Made by a program: the position numbers and the translations under genes. DNA of 64,000 nt, from positions 11,110 to 75,109 of the forward strand of contig DATIHF010000006.1 in assembly GCA_035480955.1 (NCBI GenBank), in the 5' to 3' direction. The first letter of the stretch is position 1. Every line of letters starts with the position of its first letter. Source of the stretch: Candidatus Saccharimonadales bacterium (lineage in GTDB: Bacteria > Patescibacteriota > Microgenomatia > Woykebacterales > RBG-16-39-9b). Under the pieces are notes generated by a model. It searched no databases. It was not told where the DNA came from and saw only the letters and a program-made list of their open reading frames with translations. Shown in pieces: positions 26,149-35,867 of this stretch.

Positions 26149-27312
26149 ATGGAAACTATCATTTGTCCCCACTGCAAAAAAGAAGTCGAGCTCTCCAAAG
26201 CTCTCTTTCACGAAGTTGAAGAAAAAATTTCCCACGATCTGAAGGCAAATCAATCCAAAGAGATGGAGAAAATTCAAAAGGAAACTGAAGAGCGGGTCCG
26301 CTCTGAAGTAGAGAAAAGAACCGAGTTTCAACTAAAAAACCAAAGTAAAGAAACTGAAGAACTCAAAACCAAAAACGACAAACTTTACGCTGATCTACTG
26401 GAAATGAATAAAAATATCCGCGAGCTGAAAGAAGCAGAAAAGGACGCCAAACTCGAGCAAGAAAAAAGATTAAACGAACAACTGGAAAAGTTTTCCCAAG
26501 ATTTTGAACAAAAATCCAAGTTAGAGAAAATGGAGCTGGAAAAGAAATTAACCGACACCCAGAAAGCTCTGGAAGAAGCCCAAAGAAAAACCAAGCAGGG
26601 GAGTCAACAGCTCCAAGGTGAGGTGCTCGAACTCGACCTCGAAACTCAACTCCTGCAGGCTTTTCCTGATGATTTAGTCAAAGATGTTCCGAAAGGCATC
26701 CGCGGCGCCGACGTGGTGCAGTTTGTTCGCAACAAACAGGGCCGAGAGGCGGGTTCAATCATCTGGGAGGCCAAAAGAGCCAAGTGGAATCAAAACTGGC
26801 TCTCCAAATTAAAGGATGATATGCGCAGTGCTGGTTCCTCCGAAGCAGTGCTAGTCGTCGAGGATTTGCCGGACAAAGTAAAAAATTCTGGTCTGGTCAA
26901 TGGGGTTTGGGTGACTTCTTATCGAGATTTTTTGACGGTTGCCTCAACGCTGCGACTTTTGTTGATGAAGGTTGCTGCTGCCAAATCCGCGGCCGAGAAC
27001 AAAGACGAGCGGCTTGAGGATCTTTATCAATACATCACTTCAGACGGTTTTCGACACCGTCTCGAATCCCAAATTGAGAGTTTTATCGCTATGAAAACCG
27101 ATTTGGAAACTGAGAAAAGAGCGATGGAGCGGCTCTGGGCAAAAAGAGAAGTCCAGCTTTCCCGACTAGAGAAAAACACCAGCAATATTTTTGGGGAGCT
27201 GCAGGGGATCGCGGGAGAAAGTCTGGGAACCATCAAGTCCCTGCAGGGCCCAGAGGATTATTCGGAAGAAACCCAGGAAGAGCTTTTCACCGAGACACTC
27301 GCAGAGCATTGA
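26149..27312 (+). CDS. DUF2130-family protein (N-terminal CPHC zinc ribbon, long coiled coil, C-terminal RmuC/PD-(D/E)xK-like domain)
   Basis: METIICPHCKK start is typical of DUF2130. E/K-rich coiled coil. GADVVQFV...GSIIWEAKRAK nuclease-like core. Confidence 0.75.
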   Translation: METIICPHCKKEVELSKALFHEVEEKISHDLKANQSKEMEKIQKETEERVRSEVEKRTEFQLKNQSKETEELKTKNDKLYADLLEMNKNIRELKEAEKDAKLEQEKRLNEQLEKFSQDFEQKSKLEKMELEKKLTDTQKALEEAQRKTKQGSQQLQGEVLELDLETQLLQAFPDDLVKDVPKGIRGADVVQFVRNKQGREAGSIIWEAKRAKWNQNWLSKLKDDMRSAGSSEAVLVVEDLPDKVKNSGLVNGVWVTSYRDFLTVASTLRLLLMKVAAAKSAAENKDERLEDLYQYITSDGFRHRLESQIESFIAMKTDLETEKRAMERLWAKREVQLSRLEKNTSNIFGELQGIAGESLGTIKSLQGPEDYSEETQEELFTETLAEH

Positions 27313-29182
27313 GGATCACGATAACATCTATCACTTCCTGCAGTATTGCGCCTTTCACTGGAGAAATAAAGCCAAAAGCGGCGAAACCCATCGCGATGAA
27401 AGAGGCACCCATCCCAAACCAAATCCCGCCTTTGGCAATACTCAAAACTTTTTTACCAATTCTCAAAAGATGGTTGAGTTTGGCTAGATTATTTTCAACA
27501 AAGACAATATCAGCTGATTCACTGGAAATACTGCTACCACCTTCTCCCAAGGCGATTCCGACGGTTGCGGAGGCCAGGGCAGGAGCGTCATTGAAACCAT
27601 CACCCACCATAACTACGTCTTGGAATTTCTTCTTCAGCTCGAGGATAAAGGCGACTTTCTCGTCCGGCAGACTTTGAGCTTTGACCAGGTCGATCCCGGT
27701 CTGCGCGGCGACCTGCTCTGCAACAGTCGGAGAGTCTCCGGTAAGCATCGCCACTTGTTCGATCCCCAAAGTCTTCAACTCGGCAATTGTTTCTTTGATT
27801 TCCGGGCGGATCTGGTCTGCGAAGACGAGGCTGCCAACTATTTTTTGATCAACTCCGACGAAACTAACCATTTTCCCTTTTGAGCTCTGCTCTTCTTTAA
27901 ATTTGATCTGCTCGGGAGTGAATTTTAAACCCATATTTTTCAGGTGTTTCATACTGCCAACTGAAACGGCGTTCTTTTCAACAAAACCGGCGACTCCTTT
28001 GCCAAAAGTTTCTTTAAAATCTTTCGGGAAAGAAAGTTTGATTTTTTTCTCATTTGCAGCACTTACGATTGATTTGGACAGAATATGGGCCGAGAGTCTT
28101 TCAACTGAGGCAGACAAACGTAAAATTTCTGCTGAGTCAATTTTCTCGAAGGTTTTGACTTCCTCGACCGCGGGCATTCCGAAAGTCAGAGTCCCAGTTT
28201 TATCAAAAACTACTGCTTTGGCGGCACCAATTTTCTCAATCGCAATACCGTTTTTGACAATGATTCCTTTTTTAGCGGCTTTATTGATACCGCCCATGAT
28301 CGCAATCGGAGTGGCCAGAATCAGCGGGCAGGGGGTCGCGACCACCAAAACCGCCAGGACATTGGTCGTATCTTGGGTGAGTAAATAAGTGAAGCCCGCA
28401 ACCAAGAGAGTCACCGGGGTGAAGATCGCTCCGTAACGGTCAGCGAGCCGAACTAAAGGAGCTTTTGATTCCTGCGCTTCACGCACTAAACGAACAATCT
28501 GCTCGTATTTACTGTCTGAAGCTTTGCGGATCGTTTGAATTTTGATTGGGTTATCGAGATTAACACTTCCGGAAAGTAGGGCGGCATTGGACATTTTTTG
28601 GGTCGGGACTGGCTCACCAGTGAGAGCTGCCTCATTGATCGAGGTTTCTCCTTCAACTATTACCGCATCCACTGGTATGAGCTCACCAGGTTTGACCAAA
28701 AGAATGTCACCCACTCGCACTTGCTCAACACTCACATCAGTGACGCTTTCACCTTTGACTAGATGGGCGACCCGCGGAGCCGCGGCGGCTAATTTTTTTA
28801 AAGCATCCGAAGCGCTTCTCAAGGCATAATCTTCCAAGGCTCGGCCGCCAGAGAGCATGATAACCACGATCGCTCCTGCCAGGTATTGACCCAGTAGCAA
28901 CGAAGTAACAATTGCCAAGATCGCAATAACATCGGCACCAAAATTTTTCTTGAGCAACTCTTTCAGAGTGTCATAGGCGAGAGGAATCCCACCCAAAATT
29001 AAAACTAGTTGAAAAAATAAATTGGCAACTTGTTTCTGACCAGAGGCAAGCTCAAACAAACCTATTATTAATAAAACAAAAGAAAAGCTAAAAACTGGGT
29101 ATTTTTTTATCCACTCTGGCGAGCCGGGGAAAAATCGGGAATTTTCTTGCAAACTAGTATTTCCTTTCTTTTTTATTACCAA
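27287..29182 (-). CDS. P1B-type heavy-metal-translocating P-type ATPase (TPCP TM6 motif, no N-terminal metal-binding domain)
   Basis: DKTGTLT phosphorylation site, MVGDGFNDAPAL hinge, TGEPVP and VATPCPLILATP TM6 motif. 631 aa beginning directly with TM helices. Confidence 0.9.
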   Translation of the reverse strand: MVIKKKGNTSLQENSRFFPGSPEWIKKYPVFSFSFVLLIIGLFELASGQKQVANLFFQLVLILGGIPLAYDTLKELLKKNFGADVIAILAIVTSLLLGQYLAGAIVVIMLSGGRALEDYALRSASDALKKLAAAAPRVAHLVKGESVTDVSVEQVRVGDILLVKPGELIPVDAVIVEGETSINEAALTGEPVPTQKMSNAALLSGSVNLDNPIKIQTIRKASDSKYEQIVRLVREAQESKAPLVRLADRYGAIFTPVTLLVAGFTYLLTQDTTNVLAVLVVATPCPLILATPIAIMGGINKAAKKGIIVKNGIAIEKIGAAKAVVFDKTGTLTFGMPAVEEVKTFEKIDSAEILRLSASVERLSAHILSKSIVSAANEKKIKLSFPKDFKETFGKGVAGFVEKNAVSVGSMKHLKNMGLKFTPEQIKFKEEQSSKGKMVSFVGVDQKIVGSLVFADQIRPEIKETIAELKTLGIEQVAMLTGDSPTVAEQVAAQTGIDLVKAQSLPDEKVAFILELKKKFQDVVMVGDGFNDAPALASATVGIALGEGGSSISSESADIVFVENNLAKLNHLLRIGKKVLSIAKGGIWFGMGASFIAMGFAAFGFISPVKGAILQEVIDVIVILNALRVSR

Positions 29183-29226
29183 AGTTTCTTTAATTTAAAA
29201 CCCTACGAAGTTAAATTACAAGAACA

Positions 29227-29355
29227 ATGGAAAACTTACCACCGCTTCAAAGACAAAATAATACTTTTGTTCCCAGTTTGATCGTTTTTCTGCTCTCTCT
29301 GGTTTTGATTTTTGCGGCTTACTTCTTGCTCTTTCGCTTTATCGTCCTTGGCTAA
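29227..29355 (+). CDS. possible 42-aa single-TM small protein (unannotated sORF)
   Basis: ATG...TAA frame giving MENLPPLQRQNNTFVPSLIVFLLSLVLIFAAYFLLFRFIVLG in the spacer divergent from the P-type ATPase. No clear SD. Confidence 0.25.
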   Translation: MENLPPLQRQNNTFVPSLIVFLLSLVLIFAAYFLLFRFIVLG

Positions 29356-29396
29356 CTTGCTTTCTCCTAATTTCTCTGAGAAACTAGTAAAAGTAG

Positions 29397-29987
29397 ATGC
29401 CAACAACAATCTTTTTCGTGCGCCATGGCCAAAGTGAAAATTTGGAAAAAATAAATTACGGCCGCATGCCTGGCTATCCTTTATCAGAAACTGGGACCGC
29501 CCAAGCCGAGGCGGACGGAAAATATTTTGCTGATAAAAAGATAACGGCCATTTTTACCTCTCCTTTGGAAAGGTCCTTTCAAACCGCGGACATCATTGCC
29601 AAAGCTTGCCCCTCGGCAACTGTGGAGCATGTCTTTGATCTCAATGAAGCTGAGGCGACTCACTGGCAGGGAATGAAAGTAGAGGAGCTTTTCACCAACA
29701 GTTTTTACGAAACTTTTGTCAACGATCCAGATGCAGATATCGGCACGGAAAATCTCACTGAAGTGGCCGCTCGTATGGAAAAAACACTCCAGGAAATCCT
29801 CTCAAAACACAAAGGGCAAAATATTGTCTGCGTTTCCCATGAATTTCCAATTCTTGCGCTAAAACTCAAACTTGAAGGCAAGCCTTTGCAGAGTATGAAA
29901 ACTTATCACCTGCCGATGGGCGGAGTGCTTTCGTTTACTTTTGACGATTCCGGAAAATTTGTTAAAACCGAAGAAGTCAGCGTCTGA
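29397..29987 (+). CDS. histidine phosphatase (phosphoglycerate-mutase-like) family protein
   Basis: FFVRHGQSE (RHG catalytic motif) and later SHEF. Confidence 0.8.
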   Translation: MPTTIFFVRHGQSENLEKINYGRMPGYPLSETGTAQAEADGKYFADKKITAIFTSPLERSFQTADIIAKACPSATVEHVFDLNEAEATHWQGMKVEELFTNSFYETFVNDPDADIGTENLTEVAARMEKTLQEILSKHKGQNIVCVSHEFPILALKLKLEGKPLQSMKTYHLPMGGVLSFTFDDSGKFVKTEEVSV

Positions 29988-30369
29988 AAAGGCGTTTGTT
30001 GATGGCGCGGATAGGGAAAAGCGGATCAAAAGAGCGGATTGAAAAATTCCTCAAACTTCTTCTAGACCTTCCCTTTGACCAATCTTTTTCTCTTCTTAAA
30101 ATCTCATTCATCCGATCACAAGCTTTATCAATCGCTGCGTACATGTCACCTGCTTGATCAGAAATCTTCAAAGTTTTCTTGGGGATTTTCACCACAATAT
30201 TGACGATGAAGTCTGTTTCTTTATCTTTGTGCGCTTTCTCCGAGCGCAGCTCAATCTCAGTCCTAATAATCTCAGGGAAATAGCGATAAAATTTTTGGGA
30301 TTTTTTGGTCGCGTAGTCTTGCAGGGCCTGATTTTCGTTTAGGTGTTTACCTTTGACAACGATACTCAT
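29977..30369 (-). CDS. hpf: ribosome hibernation promoting factor / RaiA family
   Basis: MSIVVKGKHLNENQALQDYATKKSQKF...IELRSEKAHKDKETDFIVNIVVKIPKK matches YfiA/HPF. Confidence 0.85.
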   Translation of the reverse strand: MSIVVKGKHLNENQALQDYATKKSQKFYRYFPEIIRTEIELRSEKAHKDKETDFIVNIVVKIPKKTLKISDQAGDMYAAIDKACDRMNEILRREKDWSKGRSRRSLRNFSIRSFDPLFPIRAINKRLFRR

Positions 30370-30509
30370 CTGATGAAAAGTATAATTTGTCTGTCCCTTG
30401 ATTTCAAGAAAGAAGCGAGCAAATTTTTTGAAAGATTGACTTTCCGCAGGAAAGCGAGCGCGAAGCGATTGACAACCAAGCGGCTTTTTCGATAGGCTAA
30501 AGAGAGCCC

Positions 30510-31247
30510 ATGCAAGACGCTACTGCTACCACTCAAATTTCCACTGAAGCTTTTCCTATACAAGAGCCGATCGTGCTCACCCCCGGACTTGACGAAAAAG
30601 TCAAAAAAAGTAAGCCAAAAACCGGTAGGGGAGCTTTTTCAACTCTCGGTATCCTCCTCGCCGGCTGGTTTTTTGGTAATTTGATTTTGGTGGGACTTCT
30701 TTCGATCGTTGTCATGGTCTCGGCCTCTTCTACTGGATTGATCAAAGTTCCTTTTTTCACCGAAAATTTTTTTGGAAAAAGCTTGTCCACTAGCGTCGTG
30801 GCGGACGCTACCGGTCTAGAGTCTGCCGAAGCAAAAATAGCGGAAATCAACACTCTCTCCTCAAATAAAACCATCAAAAGCCTACAGTTCACACAAGATG
30901 AGATCAACGCTCTTTTTGCCAATCAAGTCGAACAGAAGGGTAGTTTTCCACTTTATGATCCCAAGATTGTTATCAAAGATGGAAAGTTTGTTTTCAGTGC
31001 CAAGATGATTCAGACAAATGCTCCAGTTACCATCGCCGGCAACGTCACTTCTTCGGGTCTAATTGCCAATATCGAGCTCACTTCAGCAAAATTTGGCAAA
31101 GTCTCCCTGCCGACTTTTCTAGCCAGCAATTTATTTGATTCTTACTTGTCACAAATTGGCCTGAGTCTCTCAGGTAGCCAAGTGCCGGCCAAGCAAATCA
31201 CCCTGGAAAACGGATCGGTGACCCTGGTCTCTGTTTCCAAACCCTAA
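30510..31247 (+). CDS. membrane-anchored hypothetical protein
   Basis: TM at GILLAGWFFGNLILVGLLSIVVMV. Possible TTGACA-17-TAGGCT promoter upstream. Confidence 0.5.
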   Translation: MQDATATTQISTEAFPIQEPIVLTPGLDEKVKKSKPKTGRGAFSTLGILLAGWFFGNLILVGLLSIVVMVSASSTGLIKVPFFTENFFGKSLSTSVVADATGLESAEAKIAEINTLSSNKTIKSLQFTQDEINALFANQVEQKGSFPLYDPKIVIKDGKFVFSAKMIQTNAPVTIAGNVTSSGLIANIELTSAKFGKVSLPTFLASNLFDSYLSQIGLSLSGSQVPAKQITLENGSVTLVSVSKP

Positions 31248-31289
31248 CTCTCATTTGAGAAAAAACTCGCAATCGAATAAACTTAAAAT

Positions 31290-31652
31290 ATGCAGCCTGC
31301 CATCTCAATCAGCTCATACCTGATTAGCTTGCCTTTGGAATTTCTCAACTGGTGGTTCGTCGAGGCAACTTTCAACCTTTTCAAAATTCTCCGTTTCGTC
31401 CTAGCTGCCGCCCTTCGTTTGTTGGGAGTCGAGTTGCTTTTGAAAACTTTTTTCAAACCCTGGAAAAATGAATACCGAGAAGGGTTGACCCGCTTTGCCC
31501 TTTTCATGGGTATGGGGATCAAAACTTTTATTTTATTTTTTGATTTTTTGTTTTTCTCAGCTTTGATTTTTCTGGAAGGGCTCATTTTAGTAGCTTGGCT
31601 TGCTTTTCCACTGCTTGTAATCTGGGGGGTCTATGCTGCAATTTTCACCTAG
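31290..31652 (+). CDS. small polytopic membrane protein (overlaps the start of the Clp-type ATPase gene by 20 nt)
   Basis: Hydrophobic 120-aa ORF. The antisense ORF 31283..31585 is Lys-rich as expected for the reverse of Phe/Leu codons. Confidence 0.5.
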   Translation: MQPAISISSYLISLPLEFLNWWFVEATFNLFKILRFVLAAALRLLGVELLLKTFFKPWKNEYREGLTRFALFMGMGIKTFILFFDFLFFSALIFLEGLILVAWLAFPLLVIWGVYAAIFT

Positions 31653-34089
31653 TACCAGCAGAGTTTGGCAAGCCGCGACCTTTTGCCTCATCTACAGCTC
31701 ACTTTTGGGGATAATCATCAGACTCTCGGCTTTCATACTTTTGCTGACGACTATCTTGTTACTTCTCACCAATGGCACCAAATTTTTCCCGCCGCTGCTT
31801 TTTTCTCTTTTGTCACTTCTGATTATGTTTGAATTTTTCTATCGTTTTAAAGTCAGCCGCGAAAAGCCCCGCTTCAGCGTCGAAGAAATAAAAGAAACTA
31901 CCAATTTAGCTGATTTAGTTACGCTCCCGCTGGCCAAACTGCTTCTTTCTCACCCTGCTTGGAGCGAAACAAAAAGTCTCATGAATGCGCTGAGTTTTTC
32001 GGAAAGTGTCAAATTTGTCCTTTACCGGTCAGGAATCTCACGGGACAACTTGGGAGCTCTTTTTGCCAACGGGGAAGAGATAAACTTGAACGGCGCGCTG
32101 CAGACTGCGGCAGATATTTCCGCGAAAGAAGGTTGGGTCTACATCGATGAGCTCTCACTGGTCTCAGCTTTGTTCAGCAAATCTGCTCTCCTACAGAAGC
32201 TCCTTTTTGACCGAAACCTCAAGCAAAATGACCTAGACAATATCCTACACTGGGCCCGGGAAGCGCAAAAAGTTTATCTCGAAGATCGACCTTTTTGGGA
32301 ACTTTCGACTTCCTCCTTGGGACTAGGACTAGCGGAGGTTTGGATGGGTGGTTGGACTCTGGAGACTGAAAAATACACCAAGGATATCAACACCGAAGTA
32401 CTCAAAAGAAGTGAGGAATATTTTTTGGTCGGTCGGGGCAAAGAAGTCTCCCAACTTGAACAAGTACTTCTGCGAACCAGCAAGAGAAATGCGATTTTGC
32501 TGGGTGAGCCGGGTCTGGGAAAAACGACAATTGTTTATTCTCTCGCGAGAAAATCCGTGATTGGGGAGCTTCCGGTCGAGCTCTCTTACAAACGCTTCAT
32601 GGAGCTGGATCTCACCTCAATCAATGCTTCAGCGAACGAGGGAGAGATCGAGCAGAGACTCAAAAATATTTTGGTTGAGGTTTCCCATGCTGGGGACGTC
32701 GTGCTTTTTGTTCCCAACATTGAGAACCTCGCTGGCGCGCTTGAAGGCGGAAAGTTTGATATCTCAGGACTGCTTTCTCAGACTTTGAAAGATATTAACT
32801 TGCAAGTCATTGGAACTTCCACACGAGCAGCCTTCCATAAATACATCGAGGACAAAGCAGTTTTTGCCGATTCCTTCGAGGTCATTGACGTGACCGAGCC
32901 AAATACAGACGAGGCGATCAGAATATTGGAAGAAGCAACTCATCTGATTGAAAGTAAAACTGGTGTGAAGATTACTTACAAAGCGATTCTGAAAGCAGTT
33001 GAGCTCTCGGAACGCTACCTAATTGACAAAGTTTTGCCAGGTAAAGCGATCAACCTGGTCGATGAGGCAGCGGCCAATATCGCTCTTTCCGGGAAAAAAT
33101 TGCTGGAAGAGTCCGACATTGAACATATAATTTCTGATAAAGCGAAGGTCCCGGCTGGACTTGCTACTGGAGAAGAGAAAGATAAATTACTCCAGCTTGA
33201 AAAAGTCCTCCACCAGAGAATCGTCTCCCAAGATGAGGCCATCTCGGCTATCTCTCAAGCTGTCAGGCGGGCGAGAACTCTCAAACGAGACAGCAAAAAA
33301 CCAATCGGAGTTTTCCTTTTTCTGGGACCAACTGGAGTGGGAAAGACCGAGACTGCCAAAGCTCTCGCGGAGGTTTACTACGGATCAGAAGAGCGGATCT
33401 TGCGCTTTGACATGAGTGAATTTAACCAGGAAAACAGTGTTTATCGACTCATCGGCTCTCCTCCTGGCTCATCAGAATTTAAAGAAGGCGGCCAGCTCAC
33501 TGAAGCAGTCCGGGTCAATCCTTTTAGTTTGATCCTATTGGATGAGCTGGAAAAAGCCCACAGCAAAGTTTTGGAAATTTTCTTGGCAATTTTCGATGAG
33601 GGAAGGATCACTGACTCTTCAGGACGACCAATTTCTTTTACCAATACAATAATAATTGGAACGTCCAATGCGGGAGCAGAGTATATCCGCGAGCAAATCA
33701 ACAGCGGTAACCCAGCAGATCTGAAAAAATCTTTAATTGAGAAGCTTTTGACTGAAAATACTTTTCGTCCTGAGTTTATCAACCGTTTTGATGATGTGAT
33801 CGTCTATCGACCACTGGATCAGATCGAAGTCACCAAAGTAGTCGAAATGCTTTTGAACAATCTAGCTCGCCGCTTAGAGAAACAAGATTTAACAGTGAAA
33901 TTCACTCCAGCTCTTGTAACCTTTCTAGCCAAAATAGGCTACGATCCACAGTTTGGCGCTCGACCACTCCAGCGAGCGATCCAGGATCAAGTTGAAGCAA
34001 AAATTTCCCAGGCAATACTAGAGGGCAAACTCGCTCGGGGAGCCAAAACCACTGTTACAGCAGCCAACGACCAAGTCACTTTAAGTTAA
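31633..34089 (+). CDS. Clp/Hsp100-family double-AAA+ ATPase with N-terminal transmembrane anchor
   Basis: AAA-1 LLGEPGLGKTTIV. AAA-2 FLGPTGVGKTETAKALA, LLDELEKAH and RPEFINRFDDVIVYRPL. About 60 N-terminal residues form two TM helices, followed by a Clp_N-like repeat. Confidence 0.85.
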   Translation: MLQFSPSTSRVWQAATFCLIYSSLLGIIIRLSAFILLLTTILLLLTNGTKFFPPLLFSLLSLLIMFEFFYRFKVSREKPRFSVEEIKETTNLADLVTLPLAKLLLSHPAWSETKSLMNALSFSESVKFVLYRSGISRDNLGALFANGEEINLNGALQTAADISAKEGWVYIDELSLVSALFSKSALLQKLLFDRNLKQNDLDNILHWAREAQKVYLEDRPFWELSTSSLGLGLAEVWMGGWTLETEKYTKDINTEVLKRSEEYFLVGRGKEVSQLEQVLLRTSKRNAILLGEPGLGKTTIVYSLARKSVIGELPVELSYKRFMELDLTSINASANEGEIEQRLKNILVEVSHAGDVVLFVPNIENLAGALEGGKFDISGLLSQTLKDINLQVIGTSTRAAFHKYIEDKAVFADSFEVIDVTEPNTDEAIRILEEATHLIESKTGVKITYKAILKAVELSERYLIDKVLPGKAINLVDEAAANIALSGKKLLEESDIEHIISDKAKVPAGLATGEEKDKLLQLEKVLHQRIVSQDEAISAISQAVRRARTLKRDSKKPIGVFLFLGPTGVGKTETAKALAEVYYGSEERILRFDMSEFNQENSVYRLIGSPPGSSEFKEGGQLTEAVRVNPFSLILLDELEKAHSKVLEIFLAIFDEGRITDSSGRPISFTNTIIIGTSNAGAEYIREQINSGNPADLKKSLIEKLLTENTFRPEFINRFDDVIVYRPLDQIEVTKVVEMLLNNLARRLEKQDLTVKFTPALVTFLAKIGYDPQFGARPLQRAIQDQVEAKISQAILEGKLARGAKTTVTAANDQVTLS

Positions 34090-34158
34090 TTCTTCCAAAT
34101 TTTGATCTTGAAAGGTATAATACAAAGGTTCATAAACTAATTCCAAGGAGGGAGAGTT

Positions 34159-34479
34159 ATGCACTGGTTCTTAACCAAAACTGTTAAGGCACTCGTGCTT
34201 GCCATACTGACAGCTGTAAGTTGTGGTTTACTTGTGTCGCTCTTCATACTATTGACCTCAACAGAAAGCTGGAACCAAATGAAAACTCTGGTGGTGGTAG
34301 TCTCCTTTTTCTTGTTCGTGGGCATTTTCACAGTGTTGATGATTGATTTAAGTGAAAACCCTACAGCAGAATTGTATGAACCAGTAAAACCGATTAAGAA
34401 AAAGGCAGACGCAGACGTTTTGATTGAAGATGTCCTAGACTTTCTTAACGAGAATAATCCCACATTAAAGAAGAAATAA
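34159..34479 (+). CDS. small 3-TM membrane protein
   Basis: AAGGAGGGAG RBS. Hydrophobic 106 aa. Confidence 0.5.
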   Translation: MHWFLTKTVKALVLAILTAVSCGLLVSLFILLTSTESWNQMKTLVVVVSFFLFVGIFTVLMIDLSENPTAELYEPVKPIKKKADADVLIEDVLDFLNENNPTLKKK

Positions 34480-34513
34480 GATGATCAAATGTGAAGTCGG
34501 AGAGTTACCACGC

Positions 34514-34549
34514 TGAGCCGTTAACTGAAGAAAGTTGCGGCTCTTTTTT
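34514..34549 (+). terminator. intrinsic terminator
   Basis: GAGCCG-17-nt loop-CGGCUC followed by UUUUUUU. Confidence 0.5.
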
Positions 34550-34602
34550 TATTTTTTACTCCTTTTGTTATAATAGCCACGATCAATCCTGAAGGAGGCG
34601 TG

Positions 34603-34899
34603 ATGAAGGCGATCAGCGAAGGCAGAGCGATTCTTTTCGAAAGCTACTGTCGAGAAGAAGGAAAGATCATCGGTCGACAGATCTTTGCTCAGAAAACCAC
34701 TCTCGATGGCTACCGTATCGTAGTTGTTGGAGACTCAATCTATTACGCTTCAGCACTTAACAAGAGGGATTTAAGAAAGCTCTTGACGACTGACTTGGGT
34801 GCAAATGAACAAATCGTCTGCTTCCTACAAAGAAGAGAAAATTTCATTGTCGGGTTTGAAAAACGTGTCATAAATCAAATCGTCGAAAGAGCAGTGTAA
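34603..34899 (+). CDS. hypothetical small protein
   Basis: TATAAT about 25 nt upstream and GAAGGAGG RBS. 98 aa. Confidence 0.45.
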   Translation: MKAISEGRAILFESYCREEGKIIGRQIFAQKTTLDGYRIVVVGDSIYYASALNKRDLRKLLTTDLGANEQIVCFLQRRENFIVGFEKRVINQIVERAV

Positions 34900-34962
34900 G
34901 GAACAATCCAGAAAAGAAGCGGTGAGCAAAGAGAAAGTTTTTCTGAGACCAAGGCAGTACTG

Positions 34963-35208
34963 ATGCACCACTTCGGAATCAACTCTCAAGTTAGAGCGGC
35001 CAGGATTGTGGAAGAGCGTAGTGAAAACACATTCGTACTAGCTCAACCACAGACTTACAACTGCGAAGTGGGCAACTATGATGTTGCTAAACTAATTGAT
35101 AGTAGAGAACCAGAGCAGTGGCTCATCTGTACGATTTTCGATGGGGCAGTAATACAGATCAAAAGGGAGTCGAGAGGAAAGATCATCAAAGCAACAGACC
35201 AAGTTTAA
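34963..35208 (+). CDS. hypothetical small protein
   Basis: 81-aa ORF. Confidence 0.35.
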   Translation: MHHFGINSQVRAARIVEERSENTFVLAQPQTYNCEVGNYDVAKLIDSREPEQWLICTIFDGAVIQIKRESRGKIIKATDQV

Positions 35209-35301
35209 CCACTTGGTCTTTTTTTTAACCCATAGCATTGAATAGTATTTAAAATTCTGTTAAAATAATCTTGAAATCAAGCGCATTTCAAGGAGGAGAG
35301 C

Positions 35302-35655
35302 GTGAACACTCCCGAGGCAGTTCGCACTTTGTCAAAGATTGCTGAACATCTTGTGATGGACGCCAGAGGAACAGAGTTAAAGTACGAGACAGGCGATTTC
35401 CAACGTATTCTTCAATACAGCGTTCACACTGACGTTGTTCTTGTGGAAGACTGGACCTCCCATTCCCACAGAATAGGAAGATACAGATGGGAAGGGTTCA
35501 AGGGTTTCGAGCCAGAAGATGGAAATGCAGTTGTTCTCATCTTTGAACACGGTGGCTGGCAAACTCGAGTGAGACTTGGACGTATTAATGGTCCAGAGGT
35601 GAGTGTCTATCATATAGCACCTACTCTGATAGCTCATGAGGGCACCGTCTCCTGA
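35302..35655 (+). CDS. hypothetical small protein
   Basis: CAAGGAGGAG RBS before the GTG start. Confidence 0.45.
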   Translation: MNTPEAVRTLSKIAEHLVMDARGTELKYETGDFQRILQYSVHTDVVLVEDWTSHSHRIGRYRWEGFKGFEPEDGNAVVLIFEHGGWQTRVRLGRINGPEVSVYHIAPTLIAHEGTVS

Positions 35656-35672
35656 GGAAGGGGAGAAAGTGA

Positions 35673-35750
35673 ATGGATTCCAACCGTATCGGAACATTGG
35701 TGTTCATCACGATCATCATCGTCATAGTGATAGCGTACCAAACGAGATGA
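35673..35750 (+). CDS. 25-aa single-TM peptide (MDSNRIGTLVFITIIIVIVIAYQTR)
   Basis: GGGGAGAAAG RBS 6 nt upstream. Entirely hydrophobic core. Confidence 0.3.
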   Translation: MDSNRIGTLVFITIIIVIVIAYQTR

Positions 35751-35772
35751 TGGTCACTGGAGGTCTAAGCCC

Positions 35773-35859
35773 ATGAGAAAGATCAACTGGGACGTGGTCG
35801 GGCTCTTACTTGGTCTCGTCTCTTTGGTCGCGATCATCGTGGTCAGCAATATCCTGTAG
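35773..35859 (+). CDS. 28-aa single-TM peptide (MRKINWDVVGLLLGLVSLVAIIVVSNIL)
   Basis: GGAGG RBS. Directly follows the previous peptide. Confidence 0.3.
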   Translation: MRKINWDVVGLLLGLVSLVAIIVVSNIL

Positions 35860-35867
35860 GAGGGGCC

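Noticed and set aside
31283-31585. Lys/Arg-rich 100-aa ORF on the minus strand
   Set aside because: Exactly antisense to a hydrophobic membrane-protein ORF. Lys-rich antisense frames are the expected artefact of Phe/Leu-rich sense codons.
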